Positions 30,216 to 40,166 of a stretch of DNA of 64,000 nucleotides are shown piece after piece. Within the stretch, counting starts at the first letter, position 1. Every line of letters starts with the position of its first letter. The stretch is from Rhodospirillaceae bacterium. GTDB taxonomy: Bacteria; Pseudomonadota; Alphaproteobacteria; UBA6615. The notes under the pieces were generated by a model. It searched no databases and was not told the DNA's origin. It saw only the letters and a list, made by a program, of their open reading frames with translations. The position numbers and the translations under genes were made by a program. Location of the stretch: contig JAYQGE010000001.1 of NCBI GenBank assembly GCA_038140435.1, positions 16,228 to 80,227 on the forward strand, written 5' to 3'.

Positions 30216-30767
30216 ATGCCGATCGAAGTCATTCGTCCGAACAGAGAAGATGTTCTGAAATGCGTTGCCCGGTTTGCGGATCTTTCGGCGACCGACAAGG
30301 GGCTGCCCGATCAGCCCGTTGAGGGTTTTCATCGCGATTTTCGCAATGTCCTGGGGTTTGAGCAGCCCGAGGGCGCGGAGACCTACTCTCCGATCGGCGA
30401 TGACGCCAAGCCGCACATCAGCCATCTGAAGGCCGGCTTCGGCATGGCCTATGTCTCCGCATGCCCCGGCCAGGGCGTGATGATGCACACCCATGACACG
30501 AACGAGACGTTTGTCGTGATGGAAGGCACATGGATGTTCGAATGGGAGGGGGAGGACGGTGACGACCATGTCATCCTCGAGGAGCAGGACATCGTATCCT
30601 TTCCCCCGGGTATCCAGCGTCGCTTCGAGTGCCAGTCGGCACGTGAAGGAAAAGACCAGGGCATGATTCTCGGCGTGATCGGCGGCGATACGCCCGGCGC
30701 GGAATTCTCTCCGGAGTCCGTCGAGCGCATGAAGGCGGCCGGCACCTGGCCCGACGCGGCGGAATAG
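30216..30767 (+). CDS. cupin-domain protein (paralogue A of a tandem pair)
   Basis: Canonical cupin motif 1, G-x5-HxH-x3-E-x6-G (GQGVMMHTHDTNETFVVMEG). 183 aa. AGGAG RBS. Confidence 0.7.
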   Translation: MPIEVIRPNREDVLKCVARFADLSATDKGLPDQPVEGFHRDFRNVLGFEQPEGAETYSPIGDDAKPHISHLKAGFGMAYVSACPGQGVMMHTHDTNETFVVMEGTWMFEWEGEDGDDHVILEEQDIVSFPPGIQRRFECQSAREGKDQGMILGVIGGDTPGAEFSPESVERMKAAGTWPDAAE

Positions 30768-30861
30768 GCGGCTGCGCCCCGGGCGCGATTGATACAGGAC
30801 AAGTCGCAAGGTCCGCCTTGCAATAATCTCCGCCGGAAACAAATCGGAGGAGACCGAGCAA

Positions 30862-31413
30862 ATGACGATTCCTGTTCACAAGCCGACGCGGGACGAGATT
30901 CTCAAGTGCGTCGCCCGGTTCGACGAGATCGAGGCGGTGGACGGTGGCCTTCCGGACCAGAAGGTCGAGGGTTACTACCGCACCTTCCGCAACGCGCTCG
31001 GCTTCGCCCAGCCCGAGGGCGAGGATGTCTATTCGCCCATCGGCGACGAGGCGAAGCCGAAGATTTCCCATCTCAGTCCGGGCTTCGGGATCGGATGGGT
31101 CACCGCGGACCCTGGCCAGGGCGTGATGATGCACGTCCACGACACCAACGAGACCTTCATCGTCACCGAAGGGACCTGGATGTTCGAGTGGGAAGGCGAC
31201 CAGGGCAACGACCATGTGATCCTTGGCGAAAAGGACATCGTGTCGTTTCCGCCAGGCATGCAGCGCCGTTTCGAGTGCGTGAGTGCGCGCGAGGGCGAGA
31301 CCCGAGGCACGATCATGGCCGTGATCGGCGGCGATACGCCGGGCGTCGAGTGGTCGCCCGAGGCGGTCGAGGAGCTGAAGGCCGCGGGCGCGTGGCCCGA
31401 TGCGGCGGAGTAG
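30862..31413 (+). CDS. cupin-domain protein (paralogue B, roughly 65% identical to A)
   Basis: Same length and motif (GQGVMMHVHDTNETFIVTEG). GGAGGAG RBS. Confidence 0.75.
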   Translation: MTIPVHKPTRDEILKCVARFDEIEAVDGGLPDQKVEGYYRTFRNALGFAQPEGEDVYSPIGDEAKPKISHLSPGFGIGWVTADPGQGVMMHVHDTNETFIVTEGTWMFEWEGDQGNDHVILGEKDIVSFPPGMQRRFECVSAREGETRGTIMAVIGGDTPGVEWSPEAVEELKAAGAWPDAAE

Positions 31414-31416
31414 GCG

Positions 31417-31956
31417 CTAGCTTTCCGGGCTCACCGAATCGAGCCACTTGAGGCGGGCTTCGACCTGCGCCAGTTCGAGTTCGAGCCAGGCGTCGAACTT
31501 TCCCGGTTCGGCGCCGTAGCGCGCCTTCAGATCGATCAGGCGCGCCTGCTCGTTCTCGCTGATCTCGCGCATCCGCTCGATCTGGCTCTCCGCCTCGGCG
31601 TCCGACAACAGGTGCAGGAAGCGGAGCTTGAGGGCGAAGACGAGCTGCGAGTTCCCGTCGACCGGGCTGCGCAGGTTCGACACCATCAGCTCACGAAGCA
31701 CCTCGCGGCCGGCGTCGGTGATTTCCAGCATTTCGTCGGCTGCGTCCGACGAATCGGTCGTGGGCCGCACGAGGCCCTCGGCGATCAGCACCTCGATCGA
31801 CAGCCCCATCATGTCCAGCGAGGGGCCGACGATGCGGCTGGCGAAGGTGCGCACCTCGCGGGCGAGCTCGGCATAGGTCTGGGGCTGAACCGCGAGGGTG
31901 CCGAGGGTGCACAGCCGCAGCGCCTCGGTCGGGATCAGGGAGTTGTCGCGGTACAT
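31417..31956 (-). CDS. hypothetical protein, possibly a winged-helix (PadR-like) regulator
   Basis: 179 aa. The N-terminal region loosely resembles a PadR-type winged helix (LCTLGTLA..PQTYAELAREV....EGLV). Immediately downstream of hemA on the same strand. Confidence 0.35.
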   Translation of the reverse strand: MYRDNSLIPTEALRLCTLGTLAVQPQTYAELAREVRTFASRIVGPSLDMMGLSIEVLIAEGLVRPTTDSSDAADEMLEITDAGREVLRELMVSNLRSPVDGNSQLVFALKLRFLHLLSDAEAESQIERMREISENEQARLIDLKARYGAEPGKFDAWLELELAQVEARLKWLDSVSPES

Positions 31957-31969
31957 GCGCCGGGGTCGT

Positions 31970-33181
31970 TCAGGCCGCGGAGCGAAGATTCAACCGGGTC
32001 CAGACATCCTCGAAGGCGGCGACCAGCGCGTCCATCATCGCGTCGTCGTGGAGCGGGGTCGGCGCGATCCGCAGACGCTCCGTGCCGCGCGGCACGGTCG
32101 GGAAGTTGATGGGCTGGACATAGATGCCGTGGCGGTCGAGCAGTTCGTCGCTCGCGACCTTGCACAGGGCCGCATCGCCGACGAACACCGGCACGATGTG
32201 GCTGACCGACGGCATCACTTCCATGCCGGCGGCCGTCAGGCGCGCCTTCAGCGTGGCCGCGCGTTCCTGGTGGCGTTCCCGGATGCCATTGTCGGCCTTG
32301 AGAATCTGGATCGCGGCGCGCGCACCGGCCGCCACATGGGGCGGCAGCGACGTCGAGAAGATGAAACCCGCGCCGTTCGAGCGCACGAAATCGACCAGGT
32401 TCGCCGACGCGGCGATATACCCGCCGACATTGCCGAAGGCCTTGCCGAGCGTTCCCTGCACGATGTCGATACGGTCCATGAGGCCGTCCCGTTCGGCGAC
32501 CCCGGCGCCGCGCTCGCCATACATGCCGACGGCATGGACCTCGTCGAGGTAGGTCAGGGCACCATGCTTCTTAGCGACCTCGACGATCTCCGCGATCGGC
32601 GCGATGTCTCCGTCCATGGAATAGACGGACTCGAACGCCACGAGTTTCGCGCGCTCGGGTCCGGCCGCGGCGAGCAGCTCGTCAAGATGCTCCGGGTCGT
32701 TGTGGCGGAAGATGACTTTCTCCGACCGGCCGTGACGGATGCCCTCGATCATCGAGTTGTGGTTCAGGGCGTCGGACACAACCAGGCAGTCGGGCAGCAT
32801 CGAGGCGAGGGTCGAGAGCGCGGTCCAGTTGGCGACATACCCGGAGGTAAACAGGAGTGCCGCTTCCTTGCGATGAAGGTCGGCGAGCTCTTCCTCGAGC
32901 AGGACGTGATAATGGTTGGTGCCCGAGATGTTGCGCGTGCCGCCCGCACCGGCGCCGCATTTCTCCAGCGCCTCATGCATGGCCGCGAGCACATCGGGGT
33001 GCTGACCCATGCCCAGATAGTCGTTCGCGCACCACACGGTGATGTCCTGGGTGCCGCCGTCGACATAGCGCACCGCACGCGGGAAATCGCCCGAAGTCCG
33101 CTCCAGGTCCGCGAACTCGCGATAGCGTCCTTCGGCCCGCAGGCCGTTCAGATTGCTGGAAAAAAACTTCTCATAGTTCAT
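31970..33181 (-). CDS. hemA: 5-aminolevulinate synthase
   Basis: Near-canonical ALAS sequence (..[17 protein letters not shown].., ..[10 protein letters not shown].., PLP-Lys region TLGKAFG). Confidence 0.9.
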   Translation of the reverse strand: MNYEKFFSSNLNGLRAEGRYREFADLERTSGDFPRAVRYVDGGTQDITVWCANDYLGMGQHPDVLAAMHEALEKCGAGAGGTRNISGTNHYHVLLEEELADLHRKEAALLFTSGYVANWTALSTLASMLPDCLVVSDALNHNSMIEGIRHGRSEKVIFRHNDPEHLDELLAAAGPERAKLVAFESVYSMDGDIAPIAEIVEVAKKHGALTYLDEVHAVGMYGERGAGVAERDGLMDRIDIVQGTLGKAFGNVGGYIAASANLVDFVRSNGAGFIFSTSLPPHVAAGARAAIQILKADNGIRERHQERAATLKARLTAAGMEVMPSVSHIVPVFVGDAALCKVASDELLDRHGIYVQPINFPTVPRGTERLRIAPTPLHDDAMMDALVAAFEDVWTRLNLRSAA

Positions 33182-33312
33182 GAGCGGGAATCCAATCGCC
33201 GTTCCCGACGGAGGGGCAAGCCGCCGACGCTCGTTTCAGGCCCGGAATATAGCAGCCGGGTCCGATATTTCCATCGCGGCGGCTCGCCGCAGCAACAACC
33301 TCGCCGGGTACC

Positions 33313-33738
33313 TCAGGCGGGCATGCCCGGCGGCGGATCGCAGGGCTCGGTCTCCATCTTCGCCGGGATCGAGATCTCGATCAGGTCGAAGGTGTCCGAG
33401 GTGCCCGTCTCGTTGTGCGGCACGCCGCCCGGAATGTAGATGGAATCGCCCGGCTCCAGGTGGACCGTCCCGTCGGCGAAGGCGAGATCGAGCCAGCCCT
33501 CGAGCATATAGACGAACTGCCCTTCGCAGATATGGGTGTGCCAGCCCGTCGGTTTCACAAGACCCTGCTTGGCGCGCGTGATCTGGACCCGCATCTTGCC
33601 GTCGCTGGCCTCCTGGGTGCCCAGGTCGATGTAGTCGAAGAAGTTGCGCCGTCCCTCGACGAACTGCGGGTCGTCCTTGCGGCGAACCTCGTAACCCGGC
33701 GCCGCGGCGCCGTCCTCCAGTACGACTGCTTCACTCAT
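33313..33738 (-). CDS. cupin-domain protein (141 aa)
   Basis: Cupin motifs (GWHTHICEGQFVYMLEG; IPGGVPHNE). Start MSEAV with GGGGAGAAA RBS. The upstream part of the ORF is non-coding-like. Confidence 0.65.
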   Translation of the reverse strand: MSEAVVLEDGAAAPGYEVRRKDDPQFVEGRRNFFDYIDLGTQEASDGKMRVQITRAKQGLVKPTGWHTHICEGQFVYMLEGWLDLAFADGTVHLEPGDSIYIPGGVPHNETGTSDTFDLIEISIPAKMETEPCDPPPGMPA

Positions 33739-33794
33739 GACCGTTTCTCCCCTTCTTGCGGTTTTGTTGCGGCGTTTCCGCGCGGCGTGGCGGG

Positions 33795-35198
33795 CTAGAC
33801 CAGCCCCTCGGCCTGCACATGCTCCCAGGTCTCGTCGAGCGCCTTCGAGAAGCGCTCGATGCAGACACCGATCTGGTCTTCCGTGATGATCAGCGGCGGG
33901 CAGAGCGCGATCGAGTCCGACGGCAGCGCGCGCGAGATCAGGCCGTGGGCCTGGGTGCGCGCCATCATCCCCGGCGCGACCTTCGCGGCCGGGTCGAACA
34001 GGCCCTTGTTCTCCTTGTCCGGCGTCAGCTCGAGTGCCGCGAACAGGCCGACGCCGCGCACCTCGCCGACGAGCGGGTGTTCCGCGAACTGCCGCATCTG
34101 TTCCTGGAAGGTGCCCATGACCGAACGCACATGGCCCAGCGTGTCGCGCTCCTCGTAGATGCGGAGCGTCTCGAGCGCGACGGCGGCGGAGACCGGGTGG
34201 CCCGAATAGGTGTAGCCGGTGTTCCACATGCCGAACTTGTCGCTGCCCTCGCGCAGCACCTGGTAGATCTCGTCGGTCATCAGCACCGCGCCGATGGGCA
34301 GGTAGGCCGACGACAATGCCTTGGCGATCGACATCAGGTCCGGCTGGATGTTGTAGGTCTCGCAGGCGAACATGTTGCCCGTGCGCATGAAGCCGGTGAT
34401 CACCTCGTCGGCGATCATCAGGACGTCATGCTTCTTGAGGACGGCCTGGATCTTCTCGAAATAGGTCGCGGGCGGCGGGATCAGCCCGCCGGCGCCCATC
34501 ACCGGCTCGGCGATGAAGGCGGCGACCGTGTCCGGGCCCTCACTGACGATCAGGTCGTCGAGCTCCTGGGCCAGCCGGCCCGCGAAATCCTCCTCGCTCT
34601 CGCCGTCCTGTCCCTCGCGCCAGTAGTGCGGGGTCGTGACGTGGAGGAACCGGTCAAGCGGCACGTCGAAGCCCTTCTGGGCGTAATCCACGCCGGTCAG
34701 GCTCGAGGCGGCCAGCGTGATGCCGTGATACGCCTTGTGGCGGCCGATGATCTTCTTCTTCTCGGGCTTGCCGCGGGCGTTGTTGTAGTACCAGACGATC
34801 TTCACCTGGGTGTCGTTGGCCTCGGAGCCGGAGTTGGTGAAGAACACCTTGCCCATCTCGACCGGGGCCATCTTGACCAGCTTCTCGGCGAGGTCGATGG
34901 CAACCTCGTTCGACCGGTGGGTGAAGCCCTGGATGTAGGGCAGGCGCAACATCTGCTCGTAGGCGACCTTGGCAAGGCGTTCCTCGCCGAAGCCGAGCGA
35001 GGTGCACCAGAGGCCGGCCATGCCCTCGATATATTCCTTCCCCTGGTCGTCATAGACATAGATGCCCTTGCCCTCGTTCACGATGAACGGGCCGTTCTGC
35101 TCGTGCACCTTGGGGTTGGTGAACGGGTGCAGGTAGTACGCAATGTCGCGCGCTGCGGGGGAATTGGGTGCAAACTGGGTGCGGTCGGACGGTGCCAT
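33795..35198 (-). CDS. class III (omega-) aminotransferase, beta-alanine/taurine-pyruvate aminotransferase-like
   Basis: ..YLHPFTN.., GMAGLWC, FTNSGSEANDT, ADEVITGF plus PLP-Lys (SIAKAL). 467 aa. Confidence 0.85.
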   Translation of the reverse strand: MAPSDRTQFAPNSPAARDIAYYLHPFTNPKVHEQNGPFIVNEGKGIYVYDDQGKEYIEGMAGLWCTSLGFGEERLAKVAYEQMLRLPYIQGFTHRSNEVAIDLAEKLVKMAPVEMGKVFFTNSGSEANDTQVKIVWYYNNARGKPEKKKIIGRHKAYHGITLAASSLTGVDYAQKGFDVPLDRFLHVTTPHYWREGQDGESEEDFAGRLAQELDDLIVSEGPDTVAAFIAEPVMGAGGLIPPPATYFEKIQAVLKKHDVLMIADEVITGFMRTGNMFACETYNIQPDLMSIAKALSSAYLPIGAVLMTDEIYQVLREGSDKFGMWNTGYTYSGHPVSAAVALETLRIYEERDTLGHVRSVMGTFQEQMRQFAEHPLVGEVRGVGLFAALELTPDKENKGLFDPAAKVAPGMMARTQAHGLISRALPSDSIALCPPLIITEDQIGVCIERFSKALDETWEHVQAEGLV

Positions 35199-35290
35199 GA
35201 CGCTCGCCTTCGTATGTTCTGGTGCGTTTCCGGGGGAACGTTAAGCGCCCGGGGCGGTCGCGGCAAGCGGTAGGGCGCTGAGCCCCGGAT

Positions 35291-36706
35291 TCAAGCCGTT
35301 TCCAGCCGCTCGAACTCGTCCTTACCCGCGTTGGGGCCGGCCTGGACCTCGATCAGGGTCAGGGCGCGGTTGTCCGCCGTGGCCAGCGCGTGGGCCGCGC
35401 CGGCCGGGATCGAGATGGACTCGCCCGGCTCGAGCGCGCGGGTCTCGTCCTCCAGGGTCACCTCGGCGGTGCCGTCGACGATCATCCAGTGCTGGGCGGC
35501 ATGCCGGTGGCGGCGCAGGTTCACGCGGCCGCCCGCATGGACGGAGATGCGCTTGACGTGGAAGCCGGGGCCGGTGTTGAGGGTCTTGTACCAGCCCCAG
35601 GGGCGATAGACCTCCGGGAAGGTGACCGCCTCGGAGCGGCCCGACTTGCCGAGCGCCTCGACGATGTCGCGCACCTGCTGCACCTCGTCCTTGGGGGCGA
35701 CGAGCACGGCATCCGCCGATGCGACGACGACAAAGTCCTCGAGGCCGATCGCGGCGACGAGCGTGCCGTCGCTGCGCAGGTAGCAATCGCGCGCGCCGAC
35801 CTGCACGACGTCGCCGACGACGACATTGCCGGCGTTGTCCTTGGCGCCGATCTCCCACAGTGCGCGCCAGGATCCGACGTCCGACCAGCCCATGTCGACG
35901 GGTACGACGGCGGCGCGGTCGGTCTTCTCCATGACCGCGTAGTCGATCGAGGTGGCGGGGGCGGCGGCGAACGATTCCGCGTTCAACCGCAGGAAGTCGA
36001 GGTCCTCGCTGCCGCCGGCCAGCGCCGCGCGGCACGCGATGCCCGTCTCGGGCGTCAGCCGGTCGATCTCGGCGATGAGCGTGTCGGCCCGGAACACGAA
36101 CATGCCGCTGTTCCAGAAATGGTTGCCGCCGTCCACGAAGGCCTGCGCGGTCGTGAGATCGGGCTTCTCGACGAAGCCGTCGACAGCGCGCACCCCGTCC
36201 AGGCCGTCCACGGATCCGCCCGCGGCGATATAGCCAAAGCCCGTCTCCGGTGCGCGCGGCGCGATCCCGAAGGTGACGAGGCGGCCGGACTCGGCGGCGG
36301 CTGCTGCCATGTACGCGGCCTCCCGGAACGCAGCCGCGTTCTGGACCACATGGTCCGAGGGCAGCACCAGCATGATTGCGTCGGGGTCGCGGTCCAGCAG
36401 CCAAAGCGCGGCCGCGGTCAGGGCCGGCGCCGTGTTGCGGCCGATGGGCTCCAGCAGGATTCCCTGCGGGGCCTGTTCCTGGCGGCGGAGCTGTTCGGCC
36501 ACCATGAACCGGTGCTCCTCGTTGCAGACCACCAGCACCGGCGCGAAGCGCTGGGGCACGCCGACCCGTAGCGCGGTTTCCTGCAGCATCGTCTGGTCGC
36601 CCGCGAGCGGCAGGAACTGCTTCGGGTAGTCCCTGCGGCTCATGGGCCACAGGCGAGTTCCCGCGCCGCCGGACAGGATGACGGGTGTGATCAGGCCGCT
36701 CGCCAA
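35291..36706 (-). CDS. mannose-1-phosphate guanylyltransferase / mannose-6-phosphate isomerase (type II, bifunctional with C-terminal cupin)
   Basis: N-terminal PVILSGGAGTRLWP nucleotidyltransferase motif. C-terminal cupin (..HRHAAQHWMIVDGTAEV..). Confidence 0.85.
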   Translation of the reverse strand: MASGLITPVILSGGAGTRLWPMSRRDYPKQFLPLAGDQTMLQETALRVGVPQRFAPVLVVCNEEHRFMVAEQLRRQEQAPQGILLEPIGRNTAPALTAAALWLLDRDPDAIMLVLPSDHVVQNAAAFREAAYMAAAAAESGRLVTFGIAPRAPETGFGYIAAGGSVDGLDGVRAVDGFVEKPDLTTAQAFVDGGNHFWNSGMFVFRADTLIAEIDRLTPETGIACRAALAGGSEDLDFLRLNAESFAAAPATSIDYAVMEKTDRAAVVPVDMGWSDVGSWRALWEIGAKDNAGNVVVGDVVQVGARDCYLRSDGTLVAAIGLEDFVVVASADAVLVAPKDEVQQVRDIVEALGKSGRSEAVTFPEVYRPWGWYKTLNTGPGFHVKRISVHAGGRVNLRRHRHAAQHWMIVDGTAEVTLEDETRALEPGESISIPAGAAHALATADNRALTLIEVQAGPNAGKDEFERLETA

Positions 36707-36809
36707 GAAAGATCTCCTTCTAGGGCACCCTTGCTAGCGGACTTTCGTGTGCAGGCCAACGCCGGTGTGGCTTCGAGACAGGAATATTGCCCTGCGCTAC
36801 CATGATCGC

Positions 36810-37634
36810 ATGAAAATCAGCGTCATCCAGATGAACACCCGCAGCGACAAGGCCGCCAACCTCGAACAGGCGCGCACGCTGGCTGCGCGCGCAATCGCCG
36901 CGGACGCGCCCGACATGCTGGTGCTGCCCGAGGTCTTCGCGTTCATGGGCAGTTCGGTCGCCGACAAGCGCGCCGCGGCCGAGGAGCTTCCCGAGGCGGG
37001 CGAGACAGGCGGCGATGCCTATGAGACTCTGCGGACGCTTGCGATGGAGCACGGTGTGTTCGTCCACGGCGGCAGCTTCGTCGAGCGGTCGGGAGACGAT
37101 TGCTTCAACACCACCATCGCCTTCGATCGCGCAGGTGTCGAGCTCGCGCGCTACCGCAAGATCCACCTGTTCGACGTCTCGACGCCGGACGGCCGCGAGT
37201 ATCGGGAATCGGACACCTTCGGAGCGGGTCGGGACATCGTCACCTACGCGGCCGGGGACATCACGGTCGGCTGCAGCATCTGCTACGACCTGCGCTTCGC
37301 GGAGCTCTATCGCGCGCTCGCCGAGGCGGGCGCCCAGGTGATCATGGTGCCGGCGGCCTTCACCCTGCAGACCGGCAAGGATCACTGGGAGCCGCTGTTG
37401 CGCGCGCGTGCCATCGAGACCCAGACCTATGTCGTTGCGGCGGCCCAGACCGGCACGTATCACGAGGGCAACGACGAGCGGGCGAGCTGGGGCCATTCGA
37501 TGATCGTCGATCCCTGGGGCCACATTCTTGCCCAGGCGCGCGAGGGAACAGGCCACGCGACGGCGACCGTTGAACTGGATTATCTCGATACGGTGCGCCA
37601 ACGTATCCCGGTCGCGCAGCACCGGGTGTTATGA
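36810..37634 (+). CDS. carbon-nitrogen hydrolase (nitrilase superfamily; Nit2/omega-amidase-like)
   Basis: E-K-C triad context (..LVLPEVF.., ..YRKIHLFD.., ..CSICYDLRF..). Confidence 0.8.
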   Translation: MKISVIQMNTRSDKAANLEQARTLAARAIAADAPDMLVLPEVFAFMGSSVADKRAAAEELPEAGETGGDAYETLRTLAMEHGVFVHGGSFVERSGDDCFNTTIAFDRAGVELARYRKIHLFDVSTPDGREYRESDTFGAGRDIVTYAAGDITVGCSICYDLRFAELYRALAEAGAQVIMVPAAFTLQTGKDHWEPLLRARAIETQTYVVAAAQTGTYHEGNDERASWGHSMIVDPWGHILAQAREGTGHATATVELDYLDTVRQRIPVAQHRVL

Positions 37635-37664
37635 GGCCGGACGACGGGCCAAAGGGGAACTGAG

Positions 37665-38843
37665 ATGAACATCAAGGACGAGATCGCCCGCGACCACGAA
37701 CTGCTGACCGTGTGGCGCCGGGACTTCCACGCCCATCCCGAGCTGGCGTTCCAGGAGGAGCGTACCGCCGCGCTGGTCGCCGAGCGGCTCGAGAGTTTCG
37801 GGGTCGAGGTCCATCGCGGTATCGCCAAGACCGGCGTCGTCGGCCGGCTGAGCGTCGGGACGGGCAATCGCGCGATTGCGCTGCGCGCCGACATGGACGC
37901 GCTGCCGATGGAGGAGGGCAACGATTTTGCCCACGCCTCGGAGACACCCGGCCTCATGCATGGCTGCGGCCATGACGGGCACACGACGATGCTCTTGGGT
38001 GCGGCGAAGTATCTCGCCGAGACGAAGCAGTTTGACGGCACGGTCTATTTCGTGTTCCAGCCGGCCGAGGAGGCCGAGGGCGGCGCCGCGGTGATGGTCA
38101 AGGAGGGCTTGTTCGAGAAGTTCCCGGTCGAGTCCGTCTACGGCATGCACAACTGGCCGGGAATGCCCGTGGGCGAGTTCGCCATCGCATCCGGGCCCAT
38201 GATGGCGGCCTTCGACATCTTCGACCTCACCATTCGCGGGCGGGGCAGCCATGCGGCGATGCCCCACCAGGGGGTCGACAGCATCCTCATGGCGTCGAAG
38301 GTGGTGGACGCGTTGCAAAGCATCACGAGCCGGAACATCGACCCCATCGACTCCCTCGTTGTGTCCGTTACCCAGATCCACGGCGGCGACGCCTATAATG
38401 TGATCCCGGACGAGGTGGTGCTGCGCGGCACGGTGCGGTCGTTCAGCGAGGCGGTGCGCGACGGCGTGGAACCGGCGATGCGCCGGATCGCCGACGGGGT
38501 GTGTGCGGCGTTCGGCGGCACCGCGGAGCTGCGCTACGAGCGGCGCTACCCGGCGACCGTGAACAGCGTTGAGGAGACCGAGCATGCCGAGGCAGCGGCG
38601 CTGGCAATCGTCGACGATGCGAAGATCGACCGCAAACCGGTCCCGAGCATGGGCTCGGAGGACTTCGCCTACATGCTGCGCGAGAAGCCGGGGAGCTATG
38701 TCTGGGTCGGCAACGGGGCAGCCGAGGGTGGCTGCATGCTTCACAACCCGGGCTATGACTTCAACGACGAGATCATTCCCATCGGGGTGACCTACTGGTC
38801 CGAACTGGTGGAGCAGGTGCTGCCCGCGGACCGGTCGGAATAG
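37665..38843 (+). CDS. M20-family amidohydrolase (hippurate hydrolase / aminoacylase type)
   Basis: ..MHGCGHDGH.. metal-binding motif, FQPAEE. 392 aa. Confidence 0.85.
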   Translation: MNIKDEIARDHELLTVWRRDFHAHPELAFQEERTAALVAERLESFGVEVHRGIAKTGVVGRLSVGTGNRAIALRADMDALPMEEGNDFAHASETPGLMHGCGHDGHTTMLLGAAKYLAETKQFDGTVYFVFQPAEEAEGGAAVMVKEGLFEKFPVESVYGMHNWPGMPVGEFAIASGPMMAAFDIFDLTIRGRGSHAAMPHQGVDSILMASKVVDALQSITSRNIDPIDSLVVSVTQIHGGDAYNVIPDEVVLRGTVRSFSEAVRDGVEPAMRRIADGVCAAFGGTAELRYERRYPATVNSVEETEHAEAAALAIVDDAKIDRKPVPSMGSEDFAYMLREKPGSYVWVGNGAAEGGCMLHNPGYDFNDEIIPIGVTYWSELVEQVLPADRSE

Positions 38844-38910
38844 GCGCCAACAGGCCTAATTTCCGTTAACCATATGGCAAGGCTTCGGCGCCACTCTGTG
38901 CCCCGAGCCT

Positions 38911-39201
38911 ATGTCACTGATTCTGCATATCGTAATCATCGCGTCCTATTTCGTGCTGGCGACCGCCGTGGCACTGGTTGCGCCCGCGCTTGTGCCGTCC
39001 CTGACGGCCGACCTGGCGCCGCTGGCCGCGGGCATCGTGTTCGTCGCCTGCGCGCTCGCGCACCTGGTGTTTGCCCAGTCGGAACGCAACCGGCGCCTCG
39101 TCGAGGAGCTGTCCCTGGTGCGCCGCCAGACGCGCGAGATCGCCGAGGACCTGCTTAACACCCAGACCCAGGCGCTCCAGATGCGCCAGGTGATCGACTA
39201 G
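38911..39201 (+). CDS. N-terminal fragment (2 TM + coiled coil) of a membrane-anchored EAL protein, ending at an in-frame TAG
   Basis: Two TM helices, then a helical linker. Same reading frame as the EAL ORF 33 nt downstream. Confidence 0.5.
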   Translation: MSLILHIVIIASYFVLATAVALVAPALVPSLTADLAPLAAGIVFVACALAHLVFAQSERNRRLVEELSLVRRQTREIAEDLLNTQTQALQMRQVID

Positions 39202-39234
39202 GCCGGCCGCGCCGGCGAGCAGCGAGTCTCGGAG

Positions 39235-40146
39235 GTGGTTTCCGAGGTCAAGGTGCTGCAGGGGCTGATCGAGGCCTTCTCGCGCAAGCAGGCCGAAAGC
39301 GCGCTCTCCGGCGAGGTCGAGCTGGCCGAACGGCCGCGGCTGGTTGCGGTCGAGGGCGGCAAGGCGGTCAGCGCGCCGTCGGCCGACGATCTGGGGAGCG
39401 TCGACGACCCGGAGGTGATCGACATCGTTCGCGAGGCGCTGCGCCTCGACCGGGTGGATGTCTATCTGCAGCCGATCGTCAGCCTGCCCCAGCGCAAGAA
39501 CCGCTACTATGAATGCTACACCCGGATCCGCAGCGAGGACGGCACGGTCATCGGCCCGGGCCAGTATATCGGCGTGGCGGAGCGCGAGGGGATGGTCAGC
39601 GCCATCGACAACATGCTGCTGTTCCGCTGCGTGCAGCTGATCCGGCGCACCCAGAAGCGCAACTACGACACGTCCTTCTTCTGCAACATCTCCCGCGAGA
39701 GCCTTGGCGACACCGCCTTCATCGGCGACTTCGTGGACTTCGTCTCGGAAAATCCCGACCTGGCGCCGAAGCTTTACTTCGAATTCGGCCAGAGCGACAT
39801 CGAGACCGCCCCGCCGGCGACCATCGGCAACCTGGCCCGGCTCGCGGACCTCGGGTTCCGCTTCTCCCTCGACCAGGTCACCCATCTCAACCTGGACATC
39901 CAGGGGCTGTCGGCCAAGAACTTCCGGTTCGTGAAGCTCGACGCATCCTTCCTGCTCGACCGGGACCGGGATCTCGTCGGCGATATCGCCCGCGAGGACA
40001 TCAAGAAGATGCTCGATCGTGACGGGCTCGATCTGATTGTCGAGAAGATCGAGGACGAGGCCCAGCTGGTCGAGCTGCTCGATTTCGAGATCGACTTCGG
40101 CCAGGGCTACCTGTTCGGCGAGCCCCGCCTCAGCCGCACCGACTGA
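39235..40146 (+). CDS. EAL-domain protein (c-di-GMP phosphodiesterase-like); likely the C-terminal part of a gene interrupted by an in-frame stop
   Basis: EAL signature (VREALRL..LQPIVSL), DFGQGY, and the ..N..E..ER.. catalytic residues. No plausible RBS for an independent start. Confidence 0.6.
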   Translation: MVSEVKVLQGLIEAFSRKQAESALSGEVELAERPRLVAVEGGKAVSAPSADDLGSVDDPEVIDIVREALRLDRVDVYLQPIVSLPQRKNRYYECYTRIRSEDGTVIGPGQYIGVAEREGMVSAIDNMLLFRCVQLIRRTQKRNYDTSFFCNISRESLGDTAFIGDFVDFVSENPDLAPKLYFEFGQSDIETAPPATIGNLARLADLGFRFSLDQVTHLNLDIQGLSAKNFRFVKLDASFLLDRDRDLVGDIAREDIKKMLDRDGLDLIVEKIEDEAQLVELLDFEIDFGQGYLFGEPRLSRTD

Positions 40147-40166
40147 CGCGCGCTTTCTTCTCGCCC

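Noticed and set aside
29532-30767. 411-aa ORF spanning the SDR and cupin A
   Set aside because: It is an alternative frame through the SDR gene that merely runs into the cupin A frame. The SDR frame carries the TGxxxGxG and YxxxK motifs, and cupin A has its own RBS and ATG at 30216.
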